In this document: piece after piece, positions 11,584 through 23,195 of the stretch
How the letters are laid out: each line of letters begins with the position of its first letter
Numbering within the stretch: the stretch's first letter is position 1
Origin: an uncultured delta proteobacterium
GTDB taxonomy: Bacteria > Desulfobacterota > Zymogenia > Zymogenales > Zymogenaceae
NCBI GenBank assembly: GCA_963735595.1
Contig: CAVTLK010000001.1
Location: 832,001 to 896,000, forward strand
Direction: 5' to 3'
Length of the DNA stretch: 64,000 nucleotides
Notes under the pieces: model-generated
What the model saw: only the letters and a program-made list of their open reading frames with translations
Database searches by the model: none
Told to the model about the DNA's origin: nothing
Program-made: the position numbers and the translations under genes

Positions 11584-12354
11584 ATGAAACGACAATTTAT
11601 CATGCCATTATTTTCCGTCCTGATCCTTTGTGCCTTCGGATGCGCCACTACCATCACGGGACCCGCCGCACCGGAAGGCTCCGTGCCGTCACCGAAGGCG
11701 GCAAAGGTGGTGGATACCTTTGAGGGTACTGCCTCCTGGTACGGCCCCGAATTCCACGGCAAGAAAACCGCCAGCGGCGAGGTTTTTGATATGACGGACC
11801 TCACGGCCGCTCACAAGGAACTCGCCTTGGGGACGACCTGTATCGTCACTAACCTGAGAAACAACAAGTCGGTCACCGTCAGGATCAACGACCGGGGTCC
11901 GTTCGTTAAGGACCGGGTCATCGACCTCTCGTATGCCGCGGCCAAGGTCGTCGGCATGATCGACACCGGCACGGCGCCCGTCAGGGTGGAGGTCCTTGCC
12001 GGAGACGATGCTATCGCCGCGGAGCCGGTCGCCGCTCCGGCCGTCGCCGAAACGCCTATCGAGACCGAAATCATTGCCTCGGCCCCCGTTGAGACCGGAA
12101 CGGCGGCAGCCCCCGCCGAAACCGCGGTCCTCTATACCGTCCAGGTCGGCTCCTTCTCCTCCAAGGGGAATGCCGATACCCTCTTTGAAACCCTTTCGGC
12201 CTCCCGCAAGGATGCATACATCGAGGAGTTTCCCACGACCGAATCCACCTATTGGCGGGTTCGGGTGGGGAAATTCGCGACGCGGGAGGATGCCGAGCGC
12301 GCGGCCGCCGAGCTGACGGCCGCGGGATATTCCGTGTTCATAACCCCGAAGTAG
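11584..12354 (+). CDS. rlpA: septal lytic transglycosylase RlpA lipoprotein with SPOR domain
   Basis: AFGC lipobox, [27 protein letters not shown] motif. Confidence 0.95.
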   Translation: MKRQFIMPLFSVLILCAFGCATTITGPAAPEGSVPSPKAAKVVDTFEGTASWYGPEFHGKKTASGEVFDMTDLTAAHKELALGTTCIVTNLRNNKSVTVRINDRGPFVKDRVIDLSYAAAKVVGMIDTGTAPVRVEVLAGDDAIAAEPVAAPAVAETPIETEIIASAPVETGTAAAPAETAVLYTVQVGSFSSKGNADTLFETLSASRKDAYIEEFPTTESTYWRVRVGKFATREDAERAAAELTAAGYSVFITPK

Positions 12355-12434
12355 ACCCCCGGTCATCGGGGATTGGTGTCAGGCACGGCCCTCGGCTAAT
12401 TGCCTCCGGCCGGCCGGAACCGCCGGCTAACGTG

Positions 12435-12459
12435 TGGTATAATTACTACTATATAGTAG
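12435..12459 (+). promoter_or_regulatory. extended -10 element followed by a 14-bp palindrome
   Basis: TGGTATAAT (12435-12443) then CTACTATATAGTAG (12446-12459). Confidence 0.5.
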
Positions 12460-12478
12460 CATTGATGGTGGCCGGACT

Positions 12479-12952
12479 ATGGATTCCAACATCACACTAG
12501 CCCTGAAGACCCTGACCTACGGGCTCTATATCGCAACCGTTTCGGTTGGCGGCGTCAGAAACGCCATGCCCGCCTCGTGGGTGTCTCAGGTATCGTACGA
12601 TCCTCCCCGGATTATGGTAGCGGTTAAGAAGACGCGCCGTACCCACGATATGCTGACGAAGGCGGAGGTTTTCGGGCTCATGGTCGTGCAAAAGGGGAAG
12701 GAAGGCGAGTTTGCCGCCTATAAGGGAGACGATCCTGAAAAGAAGTTCGAGGGGCGGGCCGTCGCCGCCGGGAAGAGCGGCGCCCTGCTCCTGACCGAAT
12801 ACCTGGCGGTCTTCGAGCTGAAATTATGTGACACGGTTGACGCGGGAGACCACACCCTGTTTATCGGGGAGGTGGTTTCGGCGCAGATGTCATCAAGCGG
12901 CGTCCCTGCCACCACACTGGACTACGGCAAGACCTATATCGGGGACTATTGA
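12479..12952 (+). CDS. flavin reductase (DIM6/NTAB) family protein
   Basis: YGLYI, SWVSQVS.DPP, GDHTLFIGEV. Confidence 0.92.
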   Translation: MDSNITLALKTLTYGLYIATVSVGGVRNAMPASWVSQVSYDPPRIMVAVKKTRRTHDMLTKAEVFGLMVVQKGKEGEFAAYKGDDPEKKFEGRAVAAGKSGALLLTEYLAVFELKLCDTVDAGDHTLFIGEVVSAQMSSSGVPATTLDYGKTYIGDY

Positions 12953-12968
12953 CCGGGAGGTCAACGGG

Positions 12969-13244
12969 ATGAGCACGGATAAGCCGCGGCCGACCGACTC
13001 GCAGAGTCCCTCCAGGGAAGCAATCCGCGAGGAGCAAAAGAAGATCAACAGGCTCAGGCTATTGGTTGACCTCACGATGAGCGTCATCATGCAGTCCGAC
13101 CTGCCGCTCACCGAGGCCCAGGAGATGGTCGAGGGACTCAAGAAAAGCGCCGTTTCACTCTTTCCCGGCAAAGAGGATACCTTCGAGCTGATCTACCGCC
13201 CGCGGTTCAACCGGGTCATCATGGACAAGTACCGCCTCCACTGA
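12969..13244 (+). CDS. conserved hypothetical protein
   Basis: GGAGG SD then ATG 12969; helical protein ending LFPGKEDTFELIYRPRFNR. Confidence 0.75.
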   Translation: MSTDKPRPTDSQSPSREAIREEQKKINRLRLLVDLTMSVIMQSDLPLTEAQEMVEGLKKSAVSLFPGKEDTFELIYRPRFNRVIMDKYRLH

Positions 13245-13303
13245 GAGCCGGCCCGGGAAACCAAACCCAAGACGTACCCTTTTCTCCTATAAAATAGGGA
13301 CAT

Positions 13304-14239
13304 CTACGGCATGTTCTCCCGGATAAACCCGAGGACCAGCGCCTCGTATTCCTCCGCGTGATCCTCGAACCCCCTCGTGTGGGTACAGCCGTCAAAATAG
13401 TGGAGCTCTTTGACCGCCGCCCCCGAGGCGGCGAAGACCCGCTCGGAGTATTCCGGCTTAATATTGGCGTCTCCCGTGCAGTGCATGATAAGTGTCGGGA
13501 CGGTGACCGTGCTGATAGCGGCAAGCGGCGATACGTCCTTCGGATCGAACCGGGCCCGCAGCCCCGCTACCCAGAGGGCCGAGTCAACCAGAGGAAAGCG
13601 GGGCAACCCGTAGAGCGCCTTACCATAGTCTGCTATGACCGTCGCCAGGTCGGGATATGCCGAATCCTCGATGAGGAGCCTGATGCGCGGGTCTTCTGCC
13701 GCGGCCATGATCGCCGTGGCCGCCCCGTACGATTCGCCCATGACCCCAAGACGGCCGGTATTGCAGTCGCCCCGCCCCGCCAGATAGTCTATGGCCGCCG
13801 ACACGTCGTACCCCTCGTAATAGCCGTACGTCGCGTACCTCCCCTCCGAGGCGCCGTGGTGGCGGTGATCGTAGGCCAGGACGGCGTATCCGGCACGTAC
13901 CAGCATCCCCACATATTTGGTGACCCCGATGCGGTTATCACCCTTGCCGTGCAGGACGATGAAGACCGGCGCATTTTTTGACGCGCCCGGGATGAACCAG
14001 CCCGCCAGCGTCAGCGACTCACCTTCCTTCTTATCGCTGAACTCCCGGGTCGGGAAAGTGACCTCCTCGGGTTTCAGACCGAACGACGCTGGATCGTCGA
14101 ACTCCTTTTCGGCGATAATCTGATCGTCCGTTCTCGGCGCAAAGGCGACGATCTCCCCCGAAAAATACCAGGTGGCCGCCGCGAAGGCGACGGCGATCAC
14201 TATCAACAGTATCCCGATGATCCTCTTGAACGGCTTCAT
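13304..14239 (-). CDS. membrane-anchored alpha/beta hydrolase
   Basis: N-terminal TM, LHG, YDHRHHGAS, GESYG nucleophile elbow, C-terminal Asp/His. Confidence 0.9.
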   Translation of the reverse strand: MKPFKRIIGILLIVIAVAFAAATWYFSGEIVAFAPRTDDQIIAEKEFDDPASFGLKPEEVTFPTREFSDKKEGESLTLAGWFIPGASKNAPVFIVLHGKGDNRIGVTKYVGMLVRAGYAVLAYDHRHHGASEGRYATYGYYEGYDVSAAIDYLAGRGDCNTGRLGVMGESYGAATAIMAAAEDPRIRLLIEDSAYPDLATVIADYGKALYGLPRFPLVDSALWVAGLRARFDPKDVSPLAAISTVTVPTLIMHCTGDANIKPEYSERVFAASGAAVKELHYFDGCTHTRGFEDHAEEYEALVLGFIRENMP

Positions 14240-14352
14240 GGCGGTATCCTTATACAAGTCCTAAACGACATCGGCCGCAACGCCCCTGTTGACCCGTCTC
14301 CGACGGGCTGTCGGAACGCGAATCGGTCGTCAGCATCCGGCGATCGCGGTAA

Positions 14353-15120
14353 TTACGTCACGCGCGGTTTGAGCCACTCGAAGATATCCCCGGCCACCGT
14401 TTCCCATCCCTGCTCGACCATGAGGTTATGCCCCATGTCCCCGTAGAGCTTGAAATCGGCCCGGTATGCCCGCGCCGTCCGCCGCTCGGCCCGCTCGGGA
14501 AAGAAATAGTCATGCCCCGATGCCAGGAGCAGGACCGGGGAGGCGACTCGTGACGGTCGCAGCCACACGGTGGGGATTCCGCCGCCCATCAGGGCCAGGG
14601 ACGATTCCCGGGATACCTTCGCAAATCCCCTTTCGCAGACCGGCTCGGGCGCGTTGAAGAGAAAGAGCTTCCGATACATCTTCTTCGACGTAACCGCGAG
14701 CGGTATCAGGAAAGAGAACTTCGCGAGCATACTCGGATACTGAACGGCCATCTTGAGAAACGTCGTGCGGGGCAGGTTCCGAAAGGTCATGGGGGCAACG
14801 AGGACGGCCGCCGGCGGTTTGGCGCGTTCGAGGTATTTCATGGCGACATACCCGCCCATGCTATGGGCAATGATGACGGGGTTGCCGACCTGTTGCGCCG
14901 CGCAGTCGACCTCGCGGACGTAGTCCATCATGGTCGTTTTCCACAGCCCGGGTTCGGCGCTGCGCTCCCCGTGCCCGGGAAGGTCCATCGCCCAGCACGA
15001 AAAGCCGCGCGCCGAAAAGTAGTCCATGAATCCATCCCAGCACCAGGCGCCGTGCCAGGCCCCGTGGACGAAAAGGAGCGGGGTGGTAAACTTAGGCGCC
15101 TTGGGTATTCGAGATAGCAT
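14353..15120 (-). CDS. alpha/beta hydrolase (esterase/lysophospholipase-like)
   Basis: FVHGAWHG, DLPGHG, AHSMGG, GHNLM. Confidence 0.9.
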   Translation of the reverse strand: MLSRIPKAPKFTTPLLFVHGAWHGAWCWDGFMDYFSARGFSCWAMDLPGHGERSAEPGLWKTTMMDYVREVDCAAQQVGNPVIIAHSMGGYVAMKYLERAKPPAAVLVAPMTFRNLPRTTFLKMAVQYPSMLAKFSFLIPLAVTSKKMYRKLFLFNAPEPVCERGFAKVSRESSLALMGGGIPTVWLRPSRVASPVLLLASGHDYFFPERAERRTARAYRADFKLYGDMGHNLMVEQGWETVAGDIFEWLKPRVT

Positions 15121-15235
15121 TTTCTGCCTCCTGATCGTGACAGTAAACGGTCCCCGTACCTCGCTTCTCGTATCGTCGTTGCGCCACGCGCAGAGATCTT
15201 GCCGTCCGTGTGCCGGTCAAAGAAGCGCCCTGCCG

Positions 15236-15718
15236 CTATACTGTTGTCTTATTTGAATGGGTACGCGCGATCTTGTCGAGAATGCCGTTGATGAACGAGG
15301 GGCTATCCTCGCTCCCGTAGCGCTTGGCTATCTCGACGGCTTCGTTAATGGTGACACTTGGTGGGATATCGTCCAGGTAGACAAGCTCGTAGACCGAAAA
15401 CCGGAGGATGTTGCGATCGACCGTCGCCATGCGGGAGATGCGCCAGTTTTCCGAAGCGCCGTCAATGAGGGCGTCTATCTGATTCCGGTTTGCCATGACG
15501 CCTGCGGCCAGTTGTCTGAAAAAGGACTTACCCTCTTCCTCGGTCTTGAAGTTCTCCCAGAAGGAGGCGATCTCCTCCTGGATCACCGACTCATCGTCGC
15601 GAGCGCCGGCCGTTTCCACAGGTGTGCCGGCCGCCCCGCCGCGCAGCATAGGCGGGTTCATATCGGTCTGGAAGAGAAACTGGAGGACCAGTTCTCTCGC
15701 CTTTCGTCTCTTGCCCAA
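15236..15718 (-). CDS. nusB: transcription antitermination factor NusB
   Basis: RRKARE, DRNILR, INEAVEIAK, FINGILD. Confidence 0.97.
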   Translation of the reverse strand: MGKRRKARELVLQFLFQTDMNPPMLRGGAAGTPVETAGARDDESVIQEEIASFWENFKTEEEGKSFFRQLAAGVMANRNQIDALIDGASENWRISRMATVDRNILRFSVYELVYLDDIPPSVTINEAVEIAKRYGSEDSPSFINGILDKIARTHSNKTTV

Positions 15719-15803
15719 ATCAGACTATCCTCCGAAGGCGTATCTGCCCTTTTCTCGGCCGCCCTCGCAGGGGGTCGGACATCGTATCAAAGAACGGGTG
15801 CCG

Positions 15804-16277
15804 CTACAGCTTCTTCATTTGCTCGATGAGGTTTGCCATCTCGATGGCGGTCACGGCGGCGTCATATCCCTTGTTGCCCGATTTCGATCCGGCCCGTTCG
15901 ATGGCCTGCTCTATCGTATCGGTCGTGATGATGCCGTATGCGACGGGGATGGAGCTTTCCAGAGAAATCCTGGCGACCCCCTTCGCAGATTCGGCGGCGA
16001 TATATTCAAAGTGGGGCGTGGAGCCCCGGATAACCGCTCCCAGGCAGACGACGGCGCTGTATTTGCCGGAATCGACGAGCCGCTTTGCCGTCTGGGGAAC
16101 CTCAAAGGCGCCGGGCACCCGAAAGACGTGAATATCGTCGTCTTTGCCTCCGTGGCGGACAATGGCGTCGACCGCGCCGTCCAGGAGCTTATCGCCGATA
16201 AAACTGTTGAACCGGGACAGGACAACGGCGAACTTCAAGCCTTCGGCGGAAATCTTTCCTTCTATATGTCTCGGCAT
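15804..16277 (-). CDS. ribH: 6,7-dimethyl-8-ribityllumazine synthase
   Basis: [21 protein letters not shown]. Confidence 0.98.
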   Translation of the reverse strand: MPRHIEGKISAEGLKFAVVLSRFNSFIGDKLLDGAVDAIVRHGGKDDDIHVFRVPGAFEVPQTAKRLVDSGKYSAVVCLGAVIRGSTPHFEYIAAESAKGVARISLESSIPVAYGIITTDTIEQAIERAGSKSGNKGYDAAVTAIEMANLIEQMKKL

Positions 16278-16287
16278 CTCTCGTCTC

Positions 16288-17493
16288 CTAAACCTTCTTG
16301 AGGATATGGCCCATTTTATCGCGTTTCGTCTTCAGGTATTCGATATTGTTTTCCTGGGGCTCGATCTCGATGGGGACGCGCTCGACGACTTCCATGTCGT
16401 ACCCCTTCAGCCCGACGATCTTCTTGGGATTGTTGGTCATGAGGCGGATCTTCTTGACGCCAAGGTCCAGTAGTATCTGCGCCCCGATGCCGTAGTCACG
16501 CAGGTCGGCCTTAAAGCCGAGCTTCTCGTTTGCCTCCACGGTATCATACCCCTTATCCTGCAGCTCGTACGCCTTGAGTTTGTTGGTCAGCCCGATCCCC
16601 CTGCCCTCCTGATCCATATAGATGAGCACCCCCTTGCCTTCCTCGCTGATCATGCGCAGAGACGCCTGAAGCTGGTCGCCACAGTCGCACCTCAGCGAGC
16701 CGAGCACGTCTCCCGTGAGGCAGGCGCTGTGTACGCGGACCAGGACGCTGTCGCTGGGTTTTATGTCACCCATCACCAGCGCAAGGTGTTCATGACTGTC
16801 GACATCCGTCGAGTAGGCGATCGCCCTGAAGACGCCGCCTAATTTAACGGGAATCGTCGTCTCGGCCACCCGGTGGACGAGGGATTCGATGCGCAGACGG
16901 TACTCGATAATGTCTTTGACTGTGGCTATCTTGATACCGTGCCGTTCGGCGAATTCCTCAAGCTCCGGCATTCGCGCCATTGTCCCGTCTTCGCTCATGA
17001 TTTCGCAGATCACGCCGTAGGGACGGAGACCCGCCAGGCGCGCCAGGTCTACCGAACCCTCGGTCTGGCCGGTCCTGACCAGCACACCGCCGGGACGCGC
17101 AATCAGGGGGAAGATGTGGCCGGGACGCGCAAGGTCGTCCGGTACGGAATTATCCCTCACGGCGGCCAGCACCGTCGTCGCCCGGTCGTGCGCCGATATC
17201 CCGGTCGTTACGCCGTGGCGCGCCTCGATCGAAACCGTAAAGGCCGTCCCGAATTTCGACGTGTTGTCCCTGACCATCAGCGGCAGCGAAAGCGACATGG
17301 CCTTTTCTTCCGTCAGCGATAGGCAGATGAGACCCCTGCCGTATTTTGCCATGAAGTTAATCGCCTCCGGCGTTACCTTCTCGGCGGCCATGAAGAGATC
17401 GCCCTCGTTTTCGCGGGATTCGTCGTCCGCCAGGATGATGATTTTACCTTGTTTGATGTCTTCCAGTATCTCGGGAATCGGTGAAGCCGGCAT
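16288..17493 (-). CDS. ribBA: bifunctional DHBP synthase/GTP cyclohydrolase II
   Basis: [37 protein letters not shown]. Confidence 0.98.
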   Translation of the reverse strand: MPASPIPEILEDIKQGKIIILADDESRENEGDLFMAAEKVTPEAINFMAKYGRGLICLSLTEEKAMSLSLPLMVRDNTSKFGTAFTVSIEARHGVTTGISAHDRATTVLAAVRDNSVPDDLARPGHIFPLIARPGGVLVRTGQTEGSVDLARLAGLRPYGVICEIMSEDGTMARMPELEEFAERHGIKIATVKDIIEYRLRIESLVHRVAETTIPVKLGGVFRAIAYSTDVDSHEHLALVMGDIKPSDSVLVRVHSACLTGDVLGSLRCDCGDQLQASLRMISEEGKGVLIYMDQEGRGIGLTNKLKAYELQDKGYDTVEANEKLGFKADLRDYGIGAQILLDLGVKKIRLMTNNPKKIVGLKGYDMEVVERVPIEIEPQENNIEYLKTKRDKMGHILKKV

Positions 17494-17503
17494 AGATAGT
17501 CTC

Positions 17504-18151
17504 CTACACGTATCCTTCCTGGGCGAGCTTTGACAGCGTAATCCCGTCCCTGCCCGGTGAATGCTGTTGAGTCAGCAGCCGCTCGATATATCTGCCGATG
17601 ATATCGGACTCGATGTTTACCTCTCCGCCTGCCCTCTTTTGTGCGAGCGTCGTCTGCGTTTCAGTATGCCCGATGATATTGACGGTGAAGCCCGACCCTG
17701 TCAATGAATTAACCGTGAGGCTGATGCCGTCCACCGCCACCGATCCCTTGTCGACAAGGTATTTCATAACCGCGGGGTCTGTATCGATTTCGATAATCAG
17801 GCTGTCCGCATCGCGGGTGACGCCCCGGATTCTGCCGGTTGCCTCCACGTGCCCCTGAACCAGGTGGCCGCCGAGACGGTCCGTCGGCCTGAGCGCACGT
17901 TCCAGGTTTACCGGGAGCCCCGCGGCGGCTTTTTTCAGCGTGGAGCAGTTCAGCGTCTCGGGGGTGGCCTCCACCGAAAAGGAGCCGCCCGAGACGCCCA
18001 CGACCGTCAGGCAGACGCCGTCGACCGAGACGCTGTCGCCGACCCTGGTATCGGAAAGGTCAAGCGCAGTACCGATCGTCAGGATATAGATATTTCCCTG
18101 CTTCCTGACGGATCCCACCGTCCCTATCGACTCGATGATCCCGGTAAACAA
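17504..18151 (-). CDS. ribE: riboflavin synthase
   Basis: [24 protein letters not shown]. Confidence 0.98.
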   Translation of the reverse strand: MFTGIIESIGTVGSVRKQGNIYILTIGTALDLSDTRVGDSVSVDGVCLTVVGVSGGSFSVEATPETLNCSTLKKAAAGLPVNLERALRPTDRLGGHLVQGHVEATGRIRGVTRDADSLIIEIDTDPAVMKYLVDKGSVAVDGISLTVNSLTGSGFTVNIIGHTETQTTLAQKRAGGEVNIESDIIGRYIERLLTQQHSPGRDGITLSKLAQEGYV

Positions 18152-18241
18152 CGCCTGTATTCTCCTCTCGCCTTTTATCGGACCGCGTCGGCCCCTTATC
18201 CAATACGGGACGAAAAATCAGCCGGCCGTCGGTCGTTTTCT

Positions 18242-19321
18242 CTATCGATACGCCTCGACGATAAAGTCGTCGCCGAGCCGGCGAACCGTCATCTCCGATA
18301 CCCTCACGGACTCGGCGATCCGTTCGGGACCCCGTCCCACGGTCAATCCCAAACCGTCGCCCCCGGTGAGTATCTTCGGGGCGTATACCAATACTATTTT
18401 ATCGAATATAGCACGGGTAATGAAATATGTAAAGATGTTTGCCCCACCTTCAACGAGGAGCCGCATGACGTTGCGACGGGCGATTTCAACCAGGAGCGCT
18501 TCGACGTCGAGCATGCCGTTATCGGCGCGCGGGACGTAGACGATCTCGGCGCCCCGGGCGGAAAGCGCGTCGGCCCTCCGCCTGTCGGCGTCCTGCGCCG
18601 CCCCGATAATGACCGCGCCCGTCCCCTCGGAAAGCATCCGGGCGCCCACCGGCATCTCGAGATCGGGGTCGATGATCACGCGGTGCGGATCACGCCCGCG
18701 GACCATCCGCACCGTCAGTAGCGGGTTGTCCTTCTTCACCGTCCCGATGCCGACCAAAACCGCGTCCGATTTCGCCCGCATCCGGTGGACGAGGCGCCGG
18801 GAGGGTTCAGACGATATCCACTGGGAGTCTCCGGCGGCCGTCGCGATCTTGCCGTCAAGCGTCAGCGCCGCCTTCAGCGTAACGAACGGTATTTTCCTGG
18901 TGACGAATTTTATATACGCCTCGTAGAATCGCTCGACCGTGCCGGCCATGCCCTCGAAGATCACCTCGATACCGGCGTCCCTCAATATTTCGGCGCCCCC
19001 CCCCCGCACGTCGGGGTTGGGGTCTTTCATCCCGATAATGACGCGCCTGACGCCCGAATCGACCAGGGCGTCGGTGCAGGGCGGGGTCTTCCCGTGGTGG
19101 CTGCAGGGCTCCAGCGTTACGTAAAGGTCGGCCCCCCGCACGCCGCCGGCGCGCGACAAGGCATCGGCCTCCGCGTGGGGGGTTCCCGGTCCCTTGTGGA
19201 CCCCCTCGCCGATAATACGGCCGCCCTTCACGAACACCGCGCCCACCGGCGGGTTCGGCGAGGTCTTTCCCTCGTATCTCGCCGCCGCCGCCAGGGCCCT
19301 CTTCATGAAGCGGATATGCAT
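18242..19321 (-). CDS. ribD: riboflavin biosynthesis deaminase/reductase
   Basis: PNPPVG, HAE, LEPCSH.GKTPPC, DNPLLT, VEGG. Confidence 0.97.
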   Translation of the reverse strand: MHIRFMKRALAAAARYEGKTSPNPPVGAVFVKGGRIIGEGVHKGPGTPHAEADALSRAGGVRGADLYVTLEPCSHHGKTPPCTDALVDSGVRRVIIGMKDPNPDVRGGGAEILRDAGIEVIFEGMAGTVERFYEAYIKFVTRKIPFVTLKAALTLDGKIATAAGDSQWISSEPSRRLVHRMRAKSDAVLVGIGTVKKDNPLLTVRMVRGRDPHRVIIDPDLEMPVGARMLSEGTGAVIIGAAQDADRRRADALSARGAEIVYVPRADNGMLDVEALLVEIARRNVMRLLVEGGANIFTYFITRAIFDKIVLVYAPKILTGGDGLGLTVGRGPERIAESVRVSEMTVRRLGDDFIVEAYR

Positions 19322-19792
19322 TTATTCCTTGGTATCATCCCGCCGGTCCAGGATATCCTTGAGCTCGGACATGAATTCATTGATATCCTTGAAAGACCGG
19401 TAGACCGAGGCGAAACGGACGTAGGCCACGTCATCCAGGTCCCTGAGATATTTCATCACCCGCTCACCTATCTCGGTGCTCCTGACCTCGCGATCGGACG
19501 CCTCCGAGAAGCTCGCCTCGATCCGAGTCACGACGTTCTCAACTGCCTCGACGCTGATCGGCCGTTTTTCGCAGGCCTTCTTGATGCCGAGCAGGATTTT
19601 GTTGCGGTCAAACGGTTCACGTCTCCCGTCCTTTTTGACCACCATCGGCAGCACATCCTCGACACGCTCGTAGGTAGTAAAGCGCCTCTCGCACTTGAGG
19701 CATTCCCTCCGGCGCCGAATGATGTCCCCCTCCTTACCGAGGCGGGAGTCGATAACCTTATCGTCCATGAAACCGCAAAAGGGACACTTCAT
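19322..19792 (-). CDS. nrdR: transcriptional repressor NrdR
   Basis: MKCPFC, RRRREC..C, ATP cone, YVRFASVY. Confidence 0.98.
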   Translation of the reverse strand: MKCPFCGFMDDKVIDSRLGKEGDIIRRRRECLKCERRFTTYERVEDVLPMVVKKDGRREPFDRNKILLGIKKACEKRPISVEAVENVVTRIEASFSEASDREVRSTEIGERVMKYLRDLDDVAYVRFASVYRSFKDINEFMSELKDILDRRDDTKE

Positions 19793-19888
19793 CTGGCTGT
19801 CGTTACCCCGTTATGATGGCGAATAAAACATCAGCGTGCCGGTTAGCGTTTCCGCCGGACAAGGACGTCTCGCCGCGCCCGGCTGCGG

Positions 19889-20377
19889 CTATTTGCCCGA
19901 GGCAAACTGCTCGACAGTAATTCCCGCCTCGTGCAGGAGCTGTTGGGAGAGGCGGTCGTCGTAACGCTCCCGGTAGACGATCCTCACGATTCCGGCGTTG
20001 ATGATCATCTTGGCGCAGATTACACAGGGAAAGGTCGCGGTATAGATAGTGGCGCCGCTGATTCCAACGCCGTGGTAGGCCGCCTGGATGATTGCGTTCT
20101 GTTCGGCATGGAGTCCCCGGCATAACTCGTGTTTCTCGCCGGAAGGGACATTAAGCTGGTCCCTGAGGCAGCCCACGTCCGCGCAGTGGGCCAGCCCCCG
20201 CGGGGCGCCGTTATAGCCCGTGGCCAGTATATTCTTGTCTTTTACGATGACCGCACCCACCTGCCTTCTGACGCAGGTGGAACGCTGGGCGACCAGGTCG
20301 ACAATGCCCATGAAGTATTCGTCCCATCCGGGACGACGGCGGGAAGCTGTATCGTTCGTTTGTTCCAAGGGGGTCAC
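19889..20377 (-). CDS. dCMP deaminase / ComEB family
   Basis: WDEYFM, RSTC, TGYNG, HAEQNA, PCVIC. Confidence 0.93.
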   Translation of the reverse strand: MTPLEQTNDTASRRRPGWDEYFMGIVDLVAQRSTCVRRQVGAVIVKDKNILATGYNGAPRGLAHCADVGCLRDQLNVPSGEKHELCRGLHAEQNAIIQAAYHGVGISGATIYTATFPCVICAKMIINAGIVRIVYRERYDDRLSQQLLHEAGITVEQFASGK

Positions 20378-21639
20378 TACCCCTCGAGTTTGTAGCGGTA
20401 GATAGGAAAATCTTTAAGAAATTCTTCCACTTTGGTTCGCGTGGCGCGCTGGGTCTTCTCGTTGGCGACATCCGAGAGTACATCGGCGATGAGGTCTGCC
20501 ACCACGAGGACGTCTTTTTCTTTCATGCCCCGCGTCGTCACGGCGGGAGTCCCGAACCGAACCCCGCTGGTGACCCGGGGGGGCATGGTATCGTAGGGAA
20601 TGCCGTTCTTGTTGGCGCAGATCCCGGCCCGTTCGAGGGCATCCGCAGCGACGTTGCCGGTAAGCCCACGATGGCCGACGTCGATGAGGAAGAGGTGGTT
20701 ATCGGTCCCGCCCGACACAATGCGAAAGCCCTTTTGGGCGAGCCTGTCGGCCATCGCCGCGGCGTTTTTAACGATCTGGTGCTGGTACTGCTTGAAGTCG
20801 TCGGTGAGGGCCTCTTTAAGGGCGACGGCCTTGGCGGCAATCACGTGCATGAGGGGACCGCCCTGCGTTCCGGGAAACATCGTTGAGTCGATCTTCTTTG
20901 CGTATTGCTCCTTGCACATGATCATGCCGCCCCGGGGGCCGCGCATCGTCTTGTGGTTGGTTACGGTCACGAAATCGCTCATAGGGATCGGGCTGTTGTG
21001 GACCCCGGCGACGACAAGCCCGCCGATATGGGCGATATCGGCCATGAGCATCGCGCCGCAGGATTCGGCTATTTCGCCGAACTTGGCAAAGTCTATCTCA
21101 CGGGGATACGAGCTGGCCCCGCAGATGATGAGCCTGGGTTTGTGTTGCCGGGCAAGACTCATGACCTCGTTGTAGTCGATTCGCTCGGTCTTGCTGTCAA
21201 CATTATAGAAGACAATATTGAAGAGCCTGCCCGAAATATTAACCGGATTGCCGTGGGACAGGTGCCCTCCATGGGAAAGGTTCATGGAAAGGATCGTATC
21301 GCCGGGATTGAGGATTGAAAACAGGACGCCGATATTGGCCTGGACACCGGAGTGAGGCTGAACGTTGACGTGCTCACATCCGAAGACCGCCTTGGCCCGG
21401 TCGATCGCCAGCTGCTCGGCGACGTCCACATATTCGCACCCGTTATAGTATCTCTTCCCGGGGTAGCCCTCTGCGTATTTATTGGTCAGGACGGAGCCGG
21501 TGGCCTGAAGCACGGCCTCGCTGACGAAATTTTCAGATGCTATAAGGACAATCGTATGTTCCTGACGATTAATTTCACCCTGGATGGCTCCGTAGAGCTC
21601 CGGGTCTGCATGGATGAGGCCTCTGCTATTTACGGTCAT
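20377..21639 (-). CDS. glyA: serine hydroxymethyltransferase
   Basis: [35 protein letters not shown]. Confidence 0.98.
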   Translation of the reverse strand: MTVNSRGLIHADPELYGAIQGEINRQEHTIVLIASENFVSEAVLQATGSVLTNKYAEGYPGKRYYNGCEYVDVAEQLAIDRAKAVFGCEHVNVQPHSGVQANIGVLFSILNPGDTILSMNLSHGGHLSHGNPVNISGRLFNIVFYNVDSKTERIDYNEVMSLARQHKPRLIICGASSYPREIDFAKFGEIAESCGAMLMADIAHIGGLVVAGVHNSPIPMSDFVTVTNHKTMRGPRGGMIMCKEQYAKKIDSTMFPGTQGGPLMHVIAAKAVALKEALTDDFKQYQHQIVKNAAAMADRLAQKGFRIVSGGTDNHLFLIDVGHRGLTGNVAADALERAGICANKNGIPYDTMPPRVTSGVRFGTPAVTTRGMKEKDVLVVADLIADVLSDVANEKTQRATRTKVEEFLKDFPIYRYKLEG

Positions 21640-22085
21640 TGATGCGGTCCCTTCTCTATTTCTGCGATCTTGTTAACCCGTTTTTCGTGTCTCCCGGCTT
21701 CAAACGGCTCCCGGACGAAGGCCTTGACGATTTCTTTGGCCAGCTCCGGCCCGGTAGTCCTGCCTCCGAGCGTGAGGACGTTCGCGTTATTGTGCCGGCG
21801 AGCCATACGAGCCGTAAAGATATCCCATGCCAGCGCCGCCCGGATTCCGGGAACCTTGTTGGCGGCGATACTCATGCCGATTCCCGTTCCGCATATGAGA
21901 ATACCCAGATCGACGGACCCATCTCGAACGAGCGCCGCCACCTTCTTCGCGAAATCTGGGTAATCAACCGGATCGGGAGTGTCCGTGCCGACATCGATGA
22001 CCTGAATACCTTCGTCCGCAAGCACCCCGTTCACTACCTTCTTGAGCTCCAGACCGCCGTGGTCTGAGCCGACAGCTACTTTCAT
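21636..22085 (-). CDS. rpiB: ribose-5-phosphate isomerase B
   Basis: SDHGG, DYPD, CGTGIG, HNNAN, GRH..R. Confidence 0.97.
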   Translation of the reverse strand: MKVAVGSDHGGLELKKVVNGVLADEGIQVIDVGTDTPDPVDYPDFAKKVAALVRDGSVDLGILICGTGIGMSIAANKVPGIRAALAWDIFTARMARRHNNANVLTLGGRTTGPELAKEIVKAFVREPFEAGRHEKRVNKIAEIEKGPHQ

Positions 22086-22096
22086 ACGCTGCCCGA

Positions 22097-22330
22097 CTAT
22101 AGCTTATCGTTAATATAGCTAATAGCGTCCTGAACCGTTACGATTTTTTCCGCGTCTTCGTCGGAGATCTCAACGTCGAATTCGTCTTCGATGGTCATGA
22201 TCATCTCAACGATATCAAGAGAATCCGCGCCCAGATCGTCGATAAAGGAAGCTTCCGTCTGTATCTCGTCTTTATCCAGCCCGAGCTGTTCGGCGATTAT
22301 CTCCAATACCCTTTCCTCAACCGATGCCAT
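22097..22330 (-). CDS. acpP: acyl carrier protein
   Basis: DLGADSLD phosphopantetheine site. Confidence 0.98.
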   Translation of the reverse strand: MASVEERVLEIIAEQLGLDKDEIQTEASFIDDLGADSLDIVEMIMTIEDEFDVEISDEDAEKIVTVQDAISYINDKL

Positions 22331-22382
22331 TTTTTCCTCCTACGATTGTATAGTTCTGACAAACCTTCATACATAACACCGA

Positions 22383-23123
22383 TTACATGAACAGACCGCC
22401 GTTAACCGCGATAACCTGTCCGGTGATATAGCCGGCCCAGTCCGAAACCAAAAAGCCTACCGCGTCGGCCACTTCCTCGGCAGTTCCGATCCTGCCGACG
22501 GGAATCTGAGAAATAATGGCCTTCCTCGCCTTTTCCGGAAGGCCCTGGGTCATCTCGGTATCGATGAGCCCCGGTGATACGGCGTTGACCGTGATTCCCT
22601 GCTCGGCAAGCTCCCGGGCCACCGCTTTGGTAAAGCCGATGATACCCGCTTTGGAGGCCGAATAGTTGACCTGTCCGGGATTCCCGTATTGACCGGCGAC
22701 CGACGCGAGGTTGACGATCCGACCCCACTTGGCCTTGAACATCGGCCTGGTGACCGCCTTGGTCATCAGGTACGTCCCCTTGAGGTTGGTGTCCAGCACG
22801 TCGTCCCAGTCGCTCTCCTTCATGAAGATGAAGAGGTTGTCCCGGGTTCTCCCGGCGTTATTTACCAGAATGTCTATGCGGCCCGCCGCAGAAAGCACGT
22901 GTTTTACGGCGGCGGTGACGTCGTCCGGCAATGCTACGTCGCACTGAAGGAGATCGGCCGCGCCGCCTTTCTTAACGATCTCCTGTTGAACCTCTCGGGC
23001 GGCCGCCTCGTTCTTCTGGTAGTTAACAAAGACCCTGGCGTTGGCGGCCGCGAGTTTTATCGCTATCGCTCGCCCGATGCCCCGGGAAGCCCCGGTGACG
23101 ATCGCTACCCTTCCGTCAAGCAC
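22383..23123 (-). CDS. fabG: 3-oxoacyl-ACP reductase
   Basis: TGASRGIG, NNAG, NYSASK; fab operon context. Confidence 0.96.
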   Translation of the reverse strand: MLDGRVAIVTGASRGIGRAIAIKLAAANARVFVNYQKNEAAAREVQQEIVKKGGAADLLQCDVALPDDVTAAVKHVLSAAGRIDILVNNAGRTRDNLFIFMKESDWDDVLDTNLKGTYLMTKAVTRPMFKAKWGRIVNLASVAGQYGNPGQVNYSASKAGIIGFTKAVARELAEQGITVNAVSPGLIDTEMTQGLPEKARKAIISQIPVGRIGTAEEVADAVGFLVSDWAGYITGQVIAVNGGLFM

Positions 23124-23195
23124 CTGCCGCCCCCCTGGGACTCATCGTAGAGCCCGTCCTACTATCTAAAGCACAAGTTTTCGGAATTTGCAAGA

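Noticed and set aside
12446..12459. NrdR box candidate
   Set aside because: Palindrome centre and spacing differ from the CACWAYATRTWGTG consensus, and no nrd genes follow
19793..19888. FMN riboswitch upstream of nrdR-rib genes
   Set aside because: Spacer is too short and lacks RFN conserved blocks
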